From IMG/VR virus record IMGVR_UViG_3300042858_000011, positions 1 through 64,000 of that record: a stretch of 64,000 bases of DNA; one strand, given 5' to 3'. The DNA comes from a virus (Duplodnaviria; Caudoviricetes). The position numbers and the translations under genes were made by a program. The notes below the pieces were generated by a model. It was not told the DNA's origin. It ran no database searches and worked only from the letters and a program-made list of their open reading frames with translations. How positions within the stretch are numbered: the stretch's first letter is position 1; the number at the start of each line of letters is the position of its first letter. Positions 42,856 to 52,782 of the stretch are shown here, in pieces.

Positions 42856-43887
42856 CTAGGCTAGGTTTGTGGATAATAACACTACTAACAAATCTCTGTA
42901 TAACGGATGACTCTCATCAAGATATGTAGATAGGTTATTTGATAGTTCATTTGCAAAAGTTGTTAATCTATCATCTTCTATGTCAAATGAAGTTGTGTAG
43001 TATATGTATGCTCTTGGATTAGTAGCAAACAGTGTAGCTAGAAATTCAATTAACTGATTTGAGACATTACCAAATGTTATAGTTATTCCTGATGGCGTAT
43101 TTGTTAGCAATGCTTCCAAGGATTGTAAGTATTGATCTCTTGTAATGGTAGGCTGTATCGTTTCAGGTAGAATAGCAATTCCTACTAGTAAATCCTTAAC
43201 TCCGCTTATAGCGTTATCGCAATACGGAGATCGTATTAGGTTAGTGTAAACATGATCATAAAATCCTATTATATCCAATAGAATTCTACAAGAATCACCT
43301 GTTAAACACTCAGACCTGTAAATTTGTGAACTAAAACAAATTGGTGTTTCTACATTATCATTTATACATATGAATGTATCTGTATGTATGGTACAGGATT
43401 GTTCGTAAAATTGTTCCTCGTATTCCAAAAATCTGTTATCAATCTCATGTAACATCAAGTATAAAATTTTGTAAATAGTTGCCATCTGTTTATTGTGTTG
43501 TTCAATATAATCTAGCAAATCATAAACATATTTATCTCTTTGTGAAACAAAACAAATTGATGTTTCTACATTATCATTTATACATATGAATGTATCTGTA
43601 TGTATGGTATAGGATTGTTTTAGAAAATCGTAAAATTGTTTTTTGTATTCCAAAAATCTGTTATTAATCTCATAGACCGAATCACAAATTGTACTCATAC
43701 TGTTTGTAGAATTCAAGCAAATATTATTGGTAAAACCTAAATGTAAAAGGAAAAGTTCGTCTTTTTGATTGTTATATAGTATGTTCTCAACTAAAACAGA
43801 ACAATCAATATTATCTGAGTCTTCATTACTACAACTTGAACAATATATATTTCTAATCAAGTCAACTATATAAAAATATTGCTTCAT
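42856..43887 (-). CDS. Cys-rich hypothetical protein with internal duplication
   Basis: Duplicated NRFLEY...TIHTDTFICINDNVET block. Confidence 0.6.
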   Translation of the reverse strand: MKQYFYIVDLIRNIYCSSCSNEDSDNIDCSVLVENILYNNQKDELFLLHLGFTNNICLNSTNSMSTICDSVYEINNRFLEYKKQFYDFLKQSYTIHTDTFICINDNVETSICFVSQRDKYVYDLLDYIEQHNKQMATIYKILYLMLHEIDNRFLEYEEQFYEQSCTIHTDTFICINDNVETPICFSSQIYRSECLTGDSCRILLDIIGFYDHVYTNLIRSPYCDNAISGVKDLLVGIAILPETIQPTITRDQYLQSLEALLTNTPSGITITFGNVSNQLIEFLATLFATNPRAYIYYTTSFDIEDDRLTTFANELSNNLSTYLDESHPLYRDLLVVLLSTNLA

Positions 43888-43920
43888 GTTGGTAGTTGCT
43901 TACTGATTAGCACAAAATTT

Positions 43921-44733
43921 ATGCTTGCACAGCAAAAGCCAATATCATCTAAGCTAAGAAACAAGCTATTGGTATTGATAAATAGATTAGGAGTAAGAAG
44001 TTTGAATGATCTCATACTAAATCAAAAAATAAACAAGAAATTTTACAAGTATGTATTTGACATACATGTTAATGCAAACGATATTAGTGAAACTCTTGTT
44101 AACAATCTATACACAAACATAAAGCAATTTTATGCAAAACATGGATTAAATATAACTTTAAATAGTTCAGATATTGCAACTCTGATAGGACTTAGGGCTG
44201 GAACCTATGCAACCTTAAAGCTTATTAAACAAAAAGTTTTGTTTGATGAAAATTATGCTCAGATAAAACCTAGTTCTGATGTGACAATAGATAGTTTTAT
44301 AGAATCTGCTATTACAACAAAGGATTACAATATATCTTACTTCTTACTGTATTTGGATTATACACCTGATGATTTATTAAATTTGTTGCTTGATGGTATT
44401 AACATACTTACAAAAGCAGACAAGTATGATAGCGATTACAATTTTGCTGCTGTAACAATGATTTTGTATATATCCATGATTGTTAAAACTATTCGTGATA
44501 GTTATAATAGATTGGTTAGATCGTCTCCACTATATGGAACAATATTGTATTTATCCTTCATGATAAGATATTATGTTATATTATTGGATTTGAGAAACAA
44601 TTTAAAAAATATAATGACTAAAATTAGTGACACTGAAATAGAGGGAACAACATTAAAGAAATATAAACAAATAAAACAGGATTATCTCAGATTTCTAATA
44701 CAACCCACAAAAATTTATCCATCAAGCATGTAA
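43921..44733 (+). CDS. Hypothetical protein
   Basis: AGC at -12 of ATG 43921. Confidence 0.6.
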   Translation: MLAQQKPISSKLRNKLLVLINRLGVRSLNDLILNQKINKKFYKYVFDIHVNANDISETLVNNLYTNIKQFYAKHGLNITLNSSDIATLIGLRAGTYATLKLIKQKVLFDENYAQIKPSSDVTIDSFIESAITTKDYNISYFLLYLDYTPDDLLNLLLDGINILTKADKYDSDYNFAAVTMILYISMIVKTIRDSYNRLVRSSPLYGTILYLSFMIRYYVILLDLRNNLKNIMTKISDTEIEGTTLKKYKQIKQDYLRFLIQPTKIYPSSM

Positions 44734-44735
44734 AA

Positions 44736-44951
44736 TTATACTACATCTTCGGCTTTAACAGGAACAAGTATTATATCTGCCATAATCGCTTCACAATTAT
44801 TCTTTTCTTCTTCATCTAACTCAATAATTTCTCCTGGATATATGTAGTCGAGTTTACGAATAGGATTATCTTCTTTTACATCTAGCATGCTAATCAATAT
44901 TGGTTGACTTGATCCACTTTTACGATTGATGATATATTTTTGTCTACGCAT
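44736..44951 (-). CDS. Small hypothetical protein
   Basis: 71-aa ORF, AGC at -14. Confidence 0.6.
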   Translation of the reverse strand: MRRQKYIINRKSGSSQPILISMLDVKEDNPIRKLDYIYPGEIIELDEEEKNNCEAIMADIILVPVKAEDVV

Positions 44952-44991
44952 TGTAAATAGATGCTAAATAGGTAAAAAAGCTAACAAGGTT

Positions 44992-46632
44992 ATGGCTTCA
45001 TTGCAAGCAAGTGATCTAGTAATAGCTTACAATGTTGGGAAAATACTTAAAAATGTCAAAATATACACTAGTAAACAAGAAGTTGCTCTTACAGATGATG
45101 TAGATATATTAGATGTATTACTTGAACAAACATCTAGTAATGCAACAGTACATATAAAAAATGTAGCCATAGGTAAAACCAGTATACCCGTTTCTGATAT
45201 TAGAGTAGAGGTAGAAGGTAATGTAAATAGAGTTGTTACATTTAAAGACGAAAAACAAGTTAAGGAAATACAAACAAAGCTAGCAGATTCAATTAACCAA
45301 AATCCAAACGGTAAAATTAAAATGATTTTTAAGGAAGCAGAAAGAAAAGTCGAAGTGTATTATAACGATCAACTTATATCAGAGGGTAGATTAATATCAC
45401 TAAATCCAGTTAACTTAGTTAGCAAAGGAACTGCTGTTAAAGAGTTTGCTCAGGAATTTGATTTTAGCGAACAACAATTAAACGAAGGTAGTGGAATAGT
45501 AGCTATAAAGAAGGAAGATCAAAGTGTTATATTGATGTTTGATGATGGTGAAGAAGTAAAAGTTGATAGGACAATCTTTGAGTTCATGAAACCAATAATA
45601 ACTGCCGTAAAACAAGAACAAACAGGAAATCAAAATAATACCATATCAAATCGTGGTGCACTAAAGCTTCCTGTGGTTGTGTTCAAAGTGGTTATAACTA
45701 ATCTCTTTAGAGTTCTACGAGCTGTTATAACCAATAAATTCCTACTAGTGTTTCTGCTTGGTGCAGGTTTAAGTATAATACTACTTAAATTTGTCATTCC
45801 TTATATTACTTCAATTCAAGGAGTTGATCAAGTTTTAGGAAAAGTTTCATCTACATTCAAATCTATTATTAATCATCTTGGTATTGGAAAGGGAATTGAA
45901 GAGACAACAACATCAGCAACAACAGATGTTATACATGGTCAGCAATCAATGCAACTTACACCACCTGCTGATACTACAACTCAAACATCTCAAGTAAGTG
46001 AATCAGCTATACTTCCAAGAATAGCTATTGGTGCTGGTATAGGATTAGTTATAGCCTTTGCAATAAGAAAGTTGCTTAATAGTAAAAACAATTTAAAACA
46101 GGAATCTATTGAGCAAATAGTTGAAAAAGAGTTTACTATTCCTTCAGCAGTTATTCCAGATTTTAATACTGTTGCAAGTTCTAATCCGAATTTAGCCTTA
46201 GTTATAAGTGTACTCTGTTTGTATTCAATCCTCTGGATCGGATACTACATACTTGATAAATTTGGACAAGGTTTCCTATCAGGTATTTTATCGATTTTAA
46301 GTATATTATCATTTATTGGTTTTATGGTAATTATAGCTTACGCAATGTCTGGTGGAAAGCTAGACACTACTAATACCTTTCTTGCGATAGTAAAAACTGG
46401 CTATCAGGTTGTGAAATTTATATTCAGTGGTGTTGCTTATTTATTTCAGAATTTCGGGCAATTACCAGGGCTTATACAATTTATAGCGATATTTTCAACA
46501 GGAGTATTTCTACTTGTTGCTTTCACACGTATAAGATCAATGCTAACAGGTGGTAATGCTATCACTATGGTAAACAGAGTTAGACAAGGACCAACGGCTC
46601 AAGATGCAGCTCTAGCTTATCGTGCAGCATAA
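44992..46632 (+). CDS. Multi-pass membrane protein, paralog of 30171-31772
   Basis: Several hydrophobic helices; shared N-terminal block; AGC at -13. Confidence 0.65.
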   Translation: MASLQASDLVIAYNVGKILKNVKIYTSKQEVALTDDVDILDVLLEQTSSNATVHIKNVAIGKTSIPVSDIRVEVEGNVNRVVTFKDEKQVKEIQTKLADSINQNPNGKIKMIFKEAERKVEVYYNDQLISEGRLISLNPVNLVSKGTAVKEFAQEFDFSEQQLNEGSGIVAIKKEDQSVILMFDDGEEVKVDRTIFEFMKPIITAVKQEQTGNQNNTISNRGALKLPVVVFKVVITNLFRVLRAVITNKFLLVFLLGAGLSIILLKFVIPYITSIQGVDQVLGKVSSTFKSIINHLGIGKGIEETTTSATTDVIHGQQSMQLTPPADTTTQTSQVSESAILPRIAIGAGIGLVIAFAIRKLLNSKNNLKQESIEQIVEKEFTIPSAVIPDFNTVASSNPNLALVISVLCLYSILWIGYYILDKFGQGFLSGILSILSILSFIGFMVIIAYAMSGGKLDTTNTFLAIVKTGYQVVKFIFSGVAYLFQNFGQLPGLIQFIAIFSTGVFLLVAFTRIRSMLTGGNAITMVNRVRQGPTAQDAALAYRAA

Positions 46633-46656
46633 TATTTTTTTGTTAGCATCAGCTAA

Positions 46657-47478
46657 ATGGAGAAAAAAGCGAAAGCTTTGCAATTCATAGCCTATCTAAC
46701 AGAGCTTACAAGATACTATCCTTATAGATTTGCTTTGATATATAATCCTCTACTTAAAAAATATATTGAAGATTATTTTCGAAAAACAAAAATCGGCACA
46801 GAATTTGTAGAAGCAAGAGGAAATATTTTAGTTAGTAAAACAGGTATCTTAACACCATACTACTTTAAAAACAATTATTTGCTTTGCCCTATATTCTCTA
46901 ATATAAGTTTTGCATTTGATGATAAGAGTTTGCAAACTATAGATATGTTGACTCATGCTGGAAACTATCAATTACCATATCTAACTAACTTAGCAGGAAC
47001 TATATCTATCTCATATCTTGAAATGATGAACCCTATTGTATCAAAAATACATAGCTTATGGTTTTCTTTTGTTCAGCAGGCAAGTTATGACTCCTATAGT
47101 GCTCTTGAAATTCCTTATGGACATATATTTATATTTACAACAACTCCAGATTTAAAATCTCCTTTATCAGGTATACTTTTGTTGGGAGCTATTCCAAGCA
47201 GAGATCCTATAACTAACATACTGCAAGGCAATATAGCAGATAACACATTAGTTGAGGTGCAAGTTGAGTATATATATAGAAGTTATCGTAGGTTTTATAT
47301 ATCTGATCAAGTTATCTCTACTATATATGATCCAGTTAATCAAGTAATTGATGAAAACGTAGCAAATACTACTGTTTACAAATCTATATATGCAATCAAA
47401 AAATTAATTGATGCTTTTATACTAACAGATGATATTTTCTGGTTAGGAGCTCTTACCAATACCTCCAACGCTCAGTAA
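46657..47478 (+). CDS. Putative tail-tube-fold protein
   Basis: GTISISYLE...IHSLW and VEVQVEY resemble gp19/gp54-like tube folds; AGC at -12. Confidence 0.4.
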   Translation: MEKKAKALQFIAYLTELTRYYPYRFALIYNPLLKKYIEDYFRKTKIGTEFVEARGNILVSKTGILTPYYFKNNYLLCPIFSNISFAFDDKSLQTIDMLTHAGNYQLPYLTNLAGTISISYLEMMNPIVSKIHSLWFSFVQQASYDSYSALEIPYGHIFIFTTTPDLKSPLSGILLLGAIPSRDPITNILQGNIADNTLVEVQVEYIYRSYRRFYISDQVISTIYDPVNQVIDENVANTTVYKSIYAIKKLIDAFILTDDIFWLGALTNTSNAQ

Positions 47479-48085
47479 TAACATTTTTGTAAATTTGTCC
47501 GTACTTGTATATTTTTTGTGAGTAACTGTAATTTATGTCACATGCATGTCTGTATTGTTTGCAACCATGTTCAGTTCTCCAAACACAAACTTTACCTCTG
47601 CATTTAGTGTATCCATAGTTCTTGCAATTTATACATTGATCATAACAAACACTGTGATCAAAAGATTTAGCTCTTTTGCATTCAATTAATGGCCAATTAC
47701 CACCATTATACATTTGCATCGTTAACCATAATCTTTTCTCTCTGCTTTCTGTGGCACTTGGATTTTTAACATGCAAGATATTAAACAAATAATGTATACC
47801 TGCTTGTATGTTTCCTGTATAGCTATAAATGTTATATTGAGTTATAACTTCTTTTGGTATAAGGTTTGGAGTTAATTGCATAAAACCAATAGAACCAAGT
47901 CCGTCTAGAGATGTTCTCCATTTACATCCTGTTTCCGCTTGAATTAAACCAAGTACGTACCACCAAGGAGCATCATCAGCTACCATAATCTTTGTGTAAT
48001 ATTGAACATGTCTAGCTAGAGATCTACAATCATTTGCATAGGAAATATTTATGAGTGTGAATATTAGTAAAAACAATGTTAGCAT
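47453..48085 (-). CDS. Secreted lytic transglycosylase (SLT) / endolysin
   Basis: Signal peptide, IQAET, SIGFMQLTP, NIQAGIHYL, MYNGG; Cys-rich C-terminus. Confidence 0.85.
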   Translation of the reverse strand: MLTLFLLIFTLINISYANDCRSLARHVQYYTKIMVADDAPWWYVLGLIQAETGCKWRTSLDGLGSIGFMQLTPNLIPKEVITQYNIYSYTGNIQAGIHYLFNILHVKNPSATESREKRLWLTMQMYNGGNWPLIECKRAKSFDHSVCYDQCINCKNYGYTKCRGKVCVWRTEHGCKQYRHACDINYSYSQKIYKYGQIYKNVITERWRYW

Positions 48086-48573
48086 GTTTTTTGATTGCTA
48101 TTAATGTTTAGCATACAAGATAACACTTGTTTGAAATTATTTAAAGATATTAGCCCACAATCATCAAATAGAGTTACATATTCACTAACATTAATATACA
48201 TCATATTGCAAACAACATATATTGGACTTCTATTACCCGCTATCACTAGAAACATCTTTTTGTCTTTATGTTTTGAAATGTATTGATTGTACAATCTTCT
48301 TATTAATGACTTTTGTTTAATGGGATTATGAAATTGTTTCCATTTCTTGCATTCAATAACTATATCCACAAGTTCAGGAAATATCTGATAATATAATCCA
48401 AAATCAATATCACCTTTATCTGTTTTGCTAGAACCTGACGATCTTGATCTCTTAACTTTTAGTTGATCATCGTTAGGTTTTATTTTGCTCCATTCTTCTA
48501 ACCAATTTTGTAGTATGTTTGCAATCTTGTCTTCAAACTTTTTACCTTTTTGTTTTCTATTGCTATACTTCAT
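48079..48573 (-). CDS. Holliday junction resolvase (Hjc-like PD-(D/E)xK)
   Basis: KQKGKKFEDKIA, SGS..KGDI, VIECKK. Confidence 0.8.
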   Translation of the reverse strand: MKYSNRKQKGKKFEDKIANILQNWLEEWSKIKPNDDQLKVKRSRSSGSSKTDKGDIDFGLYYQIFPELVDIVIECKKWKQFHNPIKQKSLIRRLYNQYISKHKDKKMFLVIAGNRSPIYVVCNMMYINVSEYVTLFDDCGLISLNNFKQVLSCMLNINSNQKTC

Positions 48574-48603
48574 TTTAGCGCTTAGCTTCAGCGGGTTAAT
48601 AAG

Positions 48604-50802
48604 ATGCAAGAGAACACTCTTGTTAGTTTATATAATTATCTTGCATTTGGATTTTCAAATGAAAATATTAACAATAGTCCAGATACTCTCATTGAAAGAA
48701 GTGTTTTTGGAATTAAAGATACTAAACTACATGAATACAATAAAACATTACTCGCATTAGTTGATTGTATACCTGGCTTTCATATAGCTACATGTTACTT
48801 CAATAACCAACTACCTAATTTACATACTGATTACAAATTTGATAGGTTATATCTATATAGGTTTTTGTTTGATGATATGACAACAATAGCTAAAAATCTA
48901 GAACAAACTCTAGATATTAGTTATGCTAATAATTACGTTGTATTACGATATCAAAATAGTGAACTAATACCTGGCAATCTGTATTTTAGTAACTATCCTC
49001 AGATAAAAAATTTACATTACGTTGTTGAAAAGGGAGTAGACTACTATCAGCTAGAAGCAAATAAACCTTTTGTCTACTTTTTATTGTTAACTCAAGACTT
49101 TCTCAACAAACAACAAGTACAAGCAACTGATAAATTCTACATATATTTATTTGGCTTAGCGAACTCAAGTTATTTGGAACACGAGACATCAATATCAATA
49201 GATGATGTATTTAAACAAAACTACATAAGGAATTTGTATGGGTTTGTTACTCCATACTATATCAAAACTGTTGATACCAATTTACTATTTGATAATAATC
49301 AGGTTAAAATTAGAGCACAAGTTTATCGTCACAGAGAATTCTTTAATCCTTATAATGATATCATATCAGAGAAATTTAAAAAGCAGTTAGAGCGCCCTAT
49401 ATTGCTAGCTAATCTTTACATCAATTTTATGGATAATCAAAATCTGAACAAAGATTTATATAACATACAATCATTTCTTGCTACAATAACTCGATTTGCA
49501 TCCATTTATCCAAGAGGTATGCACGTAGATACATATGATACTATATTTGACAATAGAAATAGTTTGTTCGGTGGTAATATTGTTTTACGTAATGCCAAAG
49601 CTAACGGTATAGATATAAACGTTTATGCTATCAAACTACCTAATAATTTTGAACTGGATAGACAATTACATTATTTTTCCTTAGCATTCTACGAATTTGA
49701 AGAAATACCTCTAAGCAAAATCTATTCAAACTACATTGATGATTTGGTTTATGATTTTGATAGTTTTAAAGTTGAATATAATTTACCAGAGAACATACAA
49801 AATTTATGTACAGCTACTATAAGAGAAGGAAACAAAACCTTAACAGGTATATGGAAATACAGCTATCTGGGAACAAAAAGACGGAAACATTTCATAAGTC
49901 CAATTAGTGTACTATCATACAATATTGAGTTAGAAGATACTCTGGAACAAAAAATCATAACTCTATATGAGTTCGACATATGTCCGCAAACAAGATATAG
50001 GATTATAGATGCTGATTTACCATTTGAGGAAGAAATAAAATATGATGATTTAACATTTTTATTGCTACGTATTGGACCTGGTTTGTATCAAATTATGAGC
50101 AATGAAGTTCTAAACAGAATCAATATTAGCTGCGATACAGAGTATGGAGATATTTTAGTCAGAGAGCTAACATATATATATAAGCCAACTATTAAAGCAT
50201 TGCTAGAAGGTAAAGTCAGTTTTCATATACATCATATCCCGACAAACAGATACTATGAGATAGATTTTAAACTGAATTTAGCTTTACCTTTTACCTCTGA
50301 GTATATTGTTAGAGAAATGTTCGATCGTACAATAGAAGAATTGTTTATAACACCGGCTATAACAAGTGATAGCTTACAAACAAATAAGTTTATGCTCGTA
50401 AACTATTATAATGCATCGAGCTTGACCGAACCAAGAGAACCAAGAGAACCAAGAGATACATGTCCAAATACCTATGTATGTTCTACATCGGATACCAGTT
50501 TAGCTTTTGCTCGTCTACAAGACACATGTCCAAATACCTATGTTTGTTCTACATCAGATACCAGTTTAGCTTTTACTCATCTACCATACATTCTATGTTT
50601 AAGAGGTGAAACCATATGCTATCATATTTGTAAAAATGCATTTGATATACAACAGTTAGAAAATATGTTAAAAGATAATCTGTTAGTTTACATACATGAA
50701 TCGTATAGACTTGTATCATCTGCTATGCTATTACCATACACAGATACAGAGATAAGAGACTTACAAATAAACCACAATACCTATTATGCAGTCAGAATGT
50801 AA
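48604..50802 (+). CDS. Large hypothetical, probably structural protein
   Basis: 732-aa ORF, AGC at -14; repeats near the C-terminus. Confidence 0.6.
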   Translation: MQENTLVSLYNYLAFGFSNENINNSPDTLIERSVFGIKDTKLHEYNKTLLALVDCIPGFHIATCYFNNQLPNLHTDYKFDRLYLYRFLFDDMTTIAKNLEQTLDISYANNYVVLRYQNSELIPGNLYFSNYPQIKNLHYVVEKGVDYYQLEANKPFVYFLLLTQDFLNKQQVQATDKFYIYLFGLANSSYLEHETSISIDDVFKQNYIRNLYGFVTPYYIKTVDTNLLFDNNQVKIRAQVYRHREFFNPYNDIISEKFKKQLERPILLANLYINFMDNQNLNKDLYNIQSFLATITRFASIYPRGMHVDTYDTIFDNRNSLFGGNIVLRNAKANGIDINVYAIKLPNNFELDRQLHYFSLAFYEFEEIPLSKIYSNYIDDLVYDFDSFKVEYNLPENIQNLCTATIREGNKTLTGIWKYSYLGTKRRKHFISPISVLSYNIELEDTLEQKIITLYEFDICPQTRYRIIDADLPFEEEIKYDDLTFLLLRIGPGLYQIMSNEVLNRINISCDTEYGDILVRELTYIYKPTIKALLEGKVSFHIHHIPTNRYYEIDFKLNLALPFTSEYIVREMFDRTIEELFITPAITSDSLQTNKFMLVNYYNASSLTEPREPREPRDTCPNTYVCSTSDTSLAFARLQDTCPNTYVCSTSDTSLAFTHLPYILCLRGETICYHICKNAFDIQQLENMLKDNLLVYIHESYRLVSSAMLLPYTDTEIRDLQINHNTYYAVRM
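50428..50580 (+). repeat. 9-bp tandem repeat (GAACCAAGA x3) followed by a 63-bp tandem duplication
   Basis: EPREPREPR, then DTCPNTYVCSTSDTSLAF twice. Confidence 0.9.
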
Positions 50803-50835
50803 TATTTTTTTATTTGAAAAGCGATTTCAAATCTA

Positions 50836-51387
50836 ATGAAAATTTTCTGCCCAGAGAATTTCATTAAGATAGGAACAAACTTTTACTTGGATAATAACTC
50901 TAACCTATTGCATATAGCAAATGCAGAGATCATACAGCTAGGTAATTTACTTTATCTCTCAGGTAGTATTCCTGTTGAAGTTAGGTATAATGTTTTTGAG
51001 ATAGTAGATTATGAGATAAAGTTTATCAAAACTAAGTTTTATAAACTTAAGTTATCAAACAATTTGGAAACATATATCAACTATATGAACAAAGATATTG
51101 ATAAACTAAAACTAATACCTGTTGTTAATATAAATAGAAATCAAAAAATTAGAACAAATACAATGCATACAAAGATAGATAATATAGCAAAGTATAGAAG
51201 TTTGTTAAATCAGGGTTTATTAACTTATGTGGGACAAAACTATATAAGCACTAAACCAGATAACTACTTGATTGAGGATGATGGTGTTTATGTAAAAGTA
51301 GTTAGTAAGGAAGTAGTTGAATTTCCGTTTATTATTGAATTCAGTAAAGATATAAGTTTGATTGATTGTCTCTACTATTTACAGTAA
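50836..51387 (+). CDS. Hypothetical protein
   Basis: 183-aa ORF. Confidence 0.55.
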   Translation: MKIFCPENFIKIGTNFYLDNNSNLLHIANAEIIQLGNLLYLSGSIPVEVRYNVFEIVDYEIKFIKTKFYKLKLSNNLETYINYMNKDIDKLKLIPVVNINRNQKIRTNTMHTKIDNIAKYRSLLNQGLLTYVGQNYISTKPDNYLIEDDGVYVKVVSKEVVEFPFIIEFSKDISLIDCLYYLQ

Positions 51388-51396
51388 ACAAAAAAA

Positions 51397-52731
51397 TCAG
51401 AATAATTTGTATGGATCTCTATCAGCTTTAATGTTTATTATACTTTCGTATTTAATCCAAAGTGAATTCTTGGGAATAAAGACTATATCATTTCTATCAA
51501 ACACAAAATCAGATATAAATATCATAACATCATTATCATTCATTTTATCCTTTAAATGACTTAACACTTTTTTGGGACTTGTTCCGCCTCTTCCACGAAC
51601 TTCAATATTTTCAAAATCTTTTTTGCTTCTTAATATCACTGGACCATAAAAGTCTACATCAAAGTAGTATACTTTTATTCTGCTCATCTTGATTAATTTT
51701 GAGAATTTACCAAACACATCCTCGAGAAATTCTGTTGGAATTGATCCGGATGTATCTATTACTGCATAAAGATATCTGGGATAACCTTTATACATAAATT
51801 TTGTTCCCAATAGATCAGGATTTAGTTTATTGATCTTCATAGGAGTTCTTCTCACATCATAAATTTTTTTACCATATAAATCATAATCTCTAGCAAATTT
51901 TTCAAGATATTTCCTCCAGTCGAATTGTGAATGTTCTTTTGCTTTGACCAATTCTACAAAATTTCCTCGGTTAGTTCCTACATCTTTAATGCTTTCCAAT
52001 ACTCTATTAATCAAAATGAGTCTCATATCATCTGTTATATCCGGAGCATCTTGTATCAATTCACCATCTATCATATTGTTAAAATCAAGTGTCATATAAT
52101 TATAATGTTGTATATTATTTTCTTGTTTAACAGAACATGTATTGCAATTGCTTTCGCTATTTATAGATGTCCCTTTATCTTCTTTTTGTTGCATTCTTTT
52201 GTATATTTCATATGCTAATTGTTCTATTGTCATTGCTAAAGCATCTTCTATTCTAATACCAAATAGTTCTTCAATGTCATTTAGGAATATATCTTTCTTC
52301 AGAAAATCTCCCAAATCTGAAGATTTGCCTAGTTTAAACATTTTTTTGATATCTTCAATTTTTTCATTTTTGTTAGCATAAATTTTTGTAGTGGTAAATT
52401 TATCAATCTTATATGCTAACTGATATATGATCTCATTAATAAATGCATTAGCGGCCATGTTGTAAATATCAGGTGGAATAATTTCTTTAACATTGTTATA
52501 TCTCTTTATATGGTTGAAGATTATATGCATTGCTCCATGAACTAGATATTTTAATAATGTAGATTCATCCTTTATTACATTTCTATTTACAATGATACAA
52601 TCATCCTTTACTATTATGGGAACACCAGATAATGATGCTTCTGCAATCTTTATGAATTGTAACATATGTCTGATTTCAATCGGAATCTGATTCATTAAAT
52701 AAATCTTTCTTACTGCGTTTCTGATATCCAT
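51397..52731 (-). CDS. DUF2201-like metallopeptidase-VWA domain protein
   Basis: LVHGAMHI (degenerate HExxH), YNMAANAFIN, DWRKYL, IDTSGS (MIDAS), GRGGTS, FISD. Confidence 0.85.
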   Translation of the reverse strand: MDIRNAVRKIYLMNQIPIEIRHMLQFIKIAEASLSGVPIIVKDDCIIVNRNVIKDESTLLKYLVHGAMHIIFNHIKRYNNVKEIIPPDIYNMAANAFINEIIYQLAYKIDKFTTTKIYANKNEKIEDIKKMFKLGKSSDLGDFLKKDIFLNDIEELFGIRIEDALAMTIEQLAYEIYKRMQQKEDKGTSINSESNCNTCSVKQENNIQHYNYMTLDFNNMIDGELIQDAPDITDDMRLILINRVLESIKDVGTNRGNFVELVKAKEHSQFDWRKYLEKFARDYDLYGKKIYDVRRTPMKINKLNPDLLGTKFMYKGYPRYLYAVIDTSGSIPTEFLEDVFGKFSKLIKMSRIKVYYFDVDFYGPVILRSKKDFENIEVRGRGGTSPKKVLSHLKDKMNDNDVMIFISDFVFDRNDIVFIPKNSLWIKYESIINIKADRDPYKLF

Positions 52732-52782
52732 GACATTAAATTTAGATTAGTTGTTTCTAGCATCCACTCTAAATTTATAATC

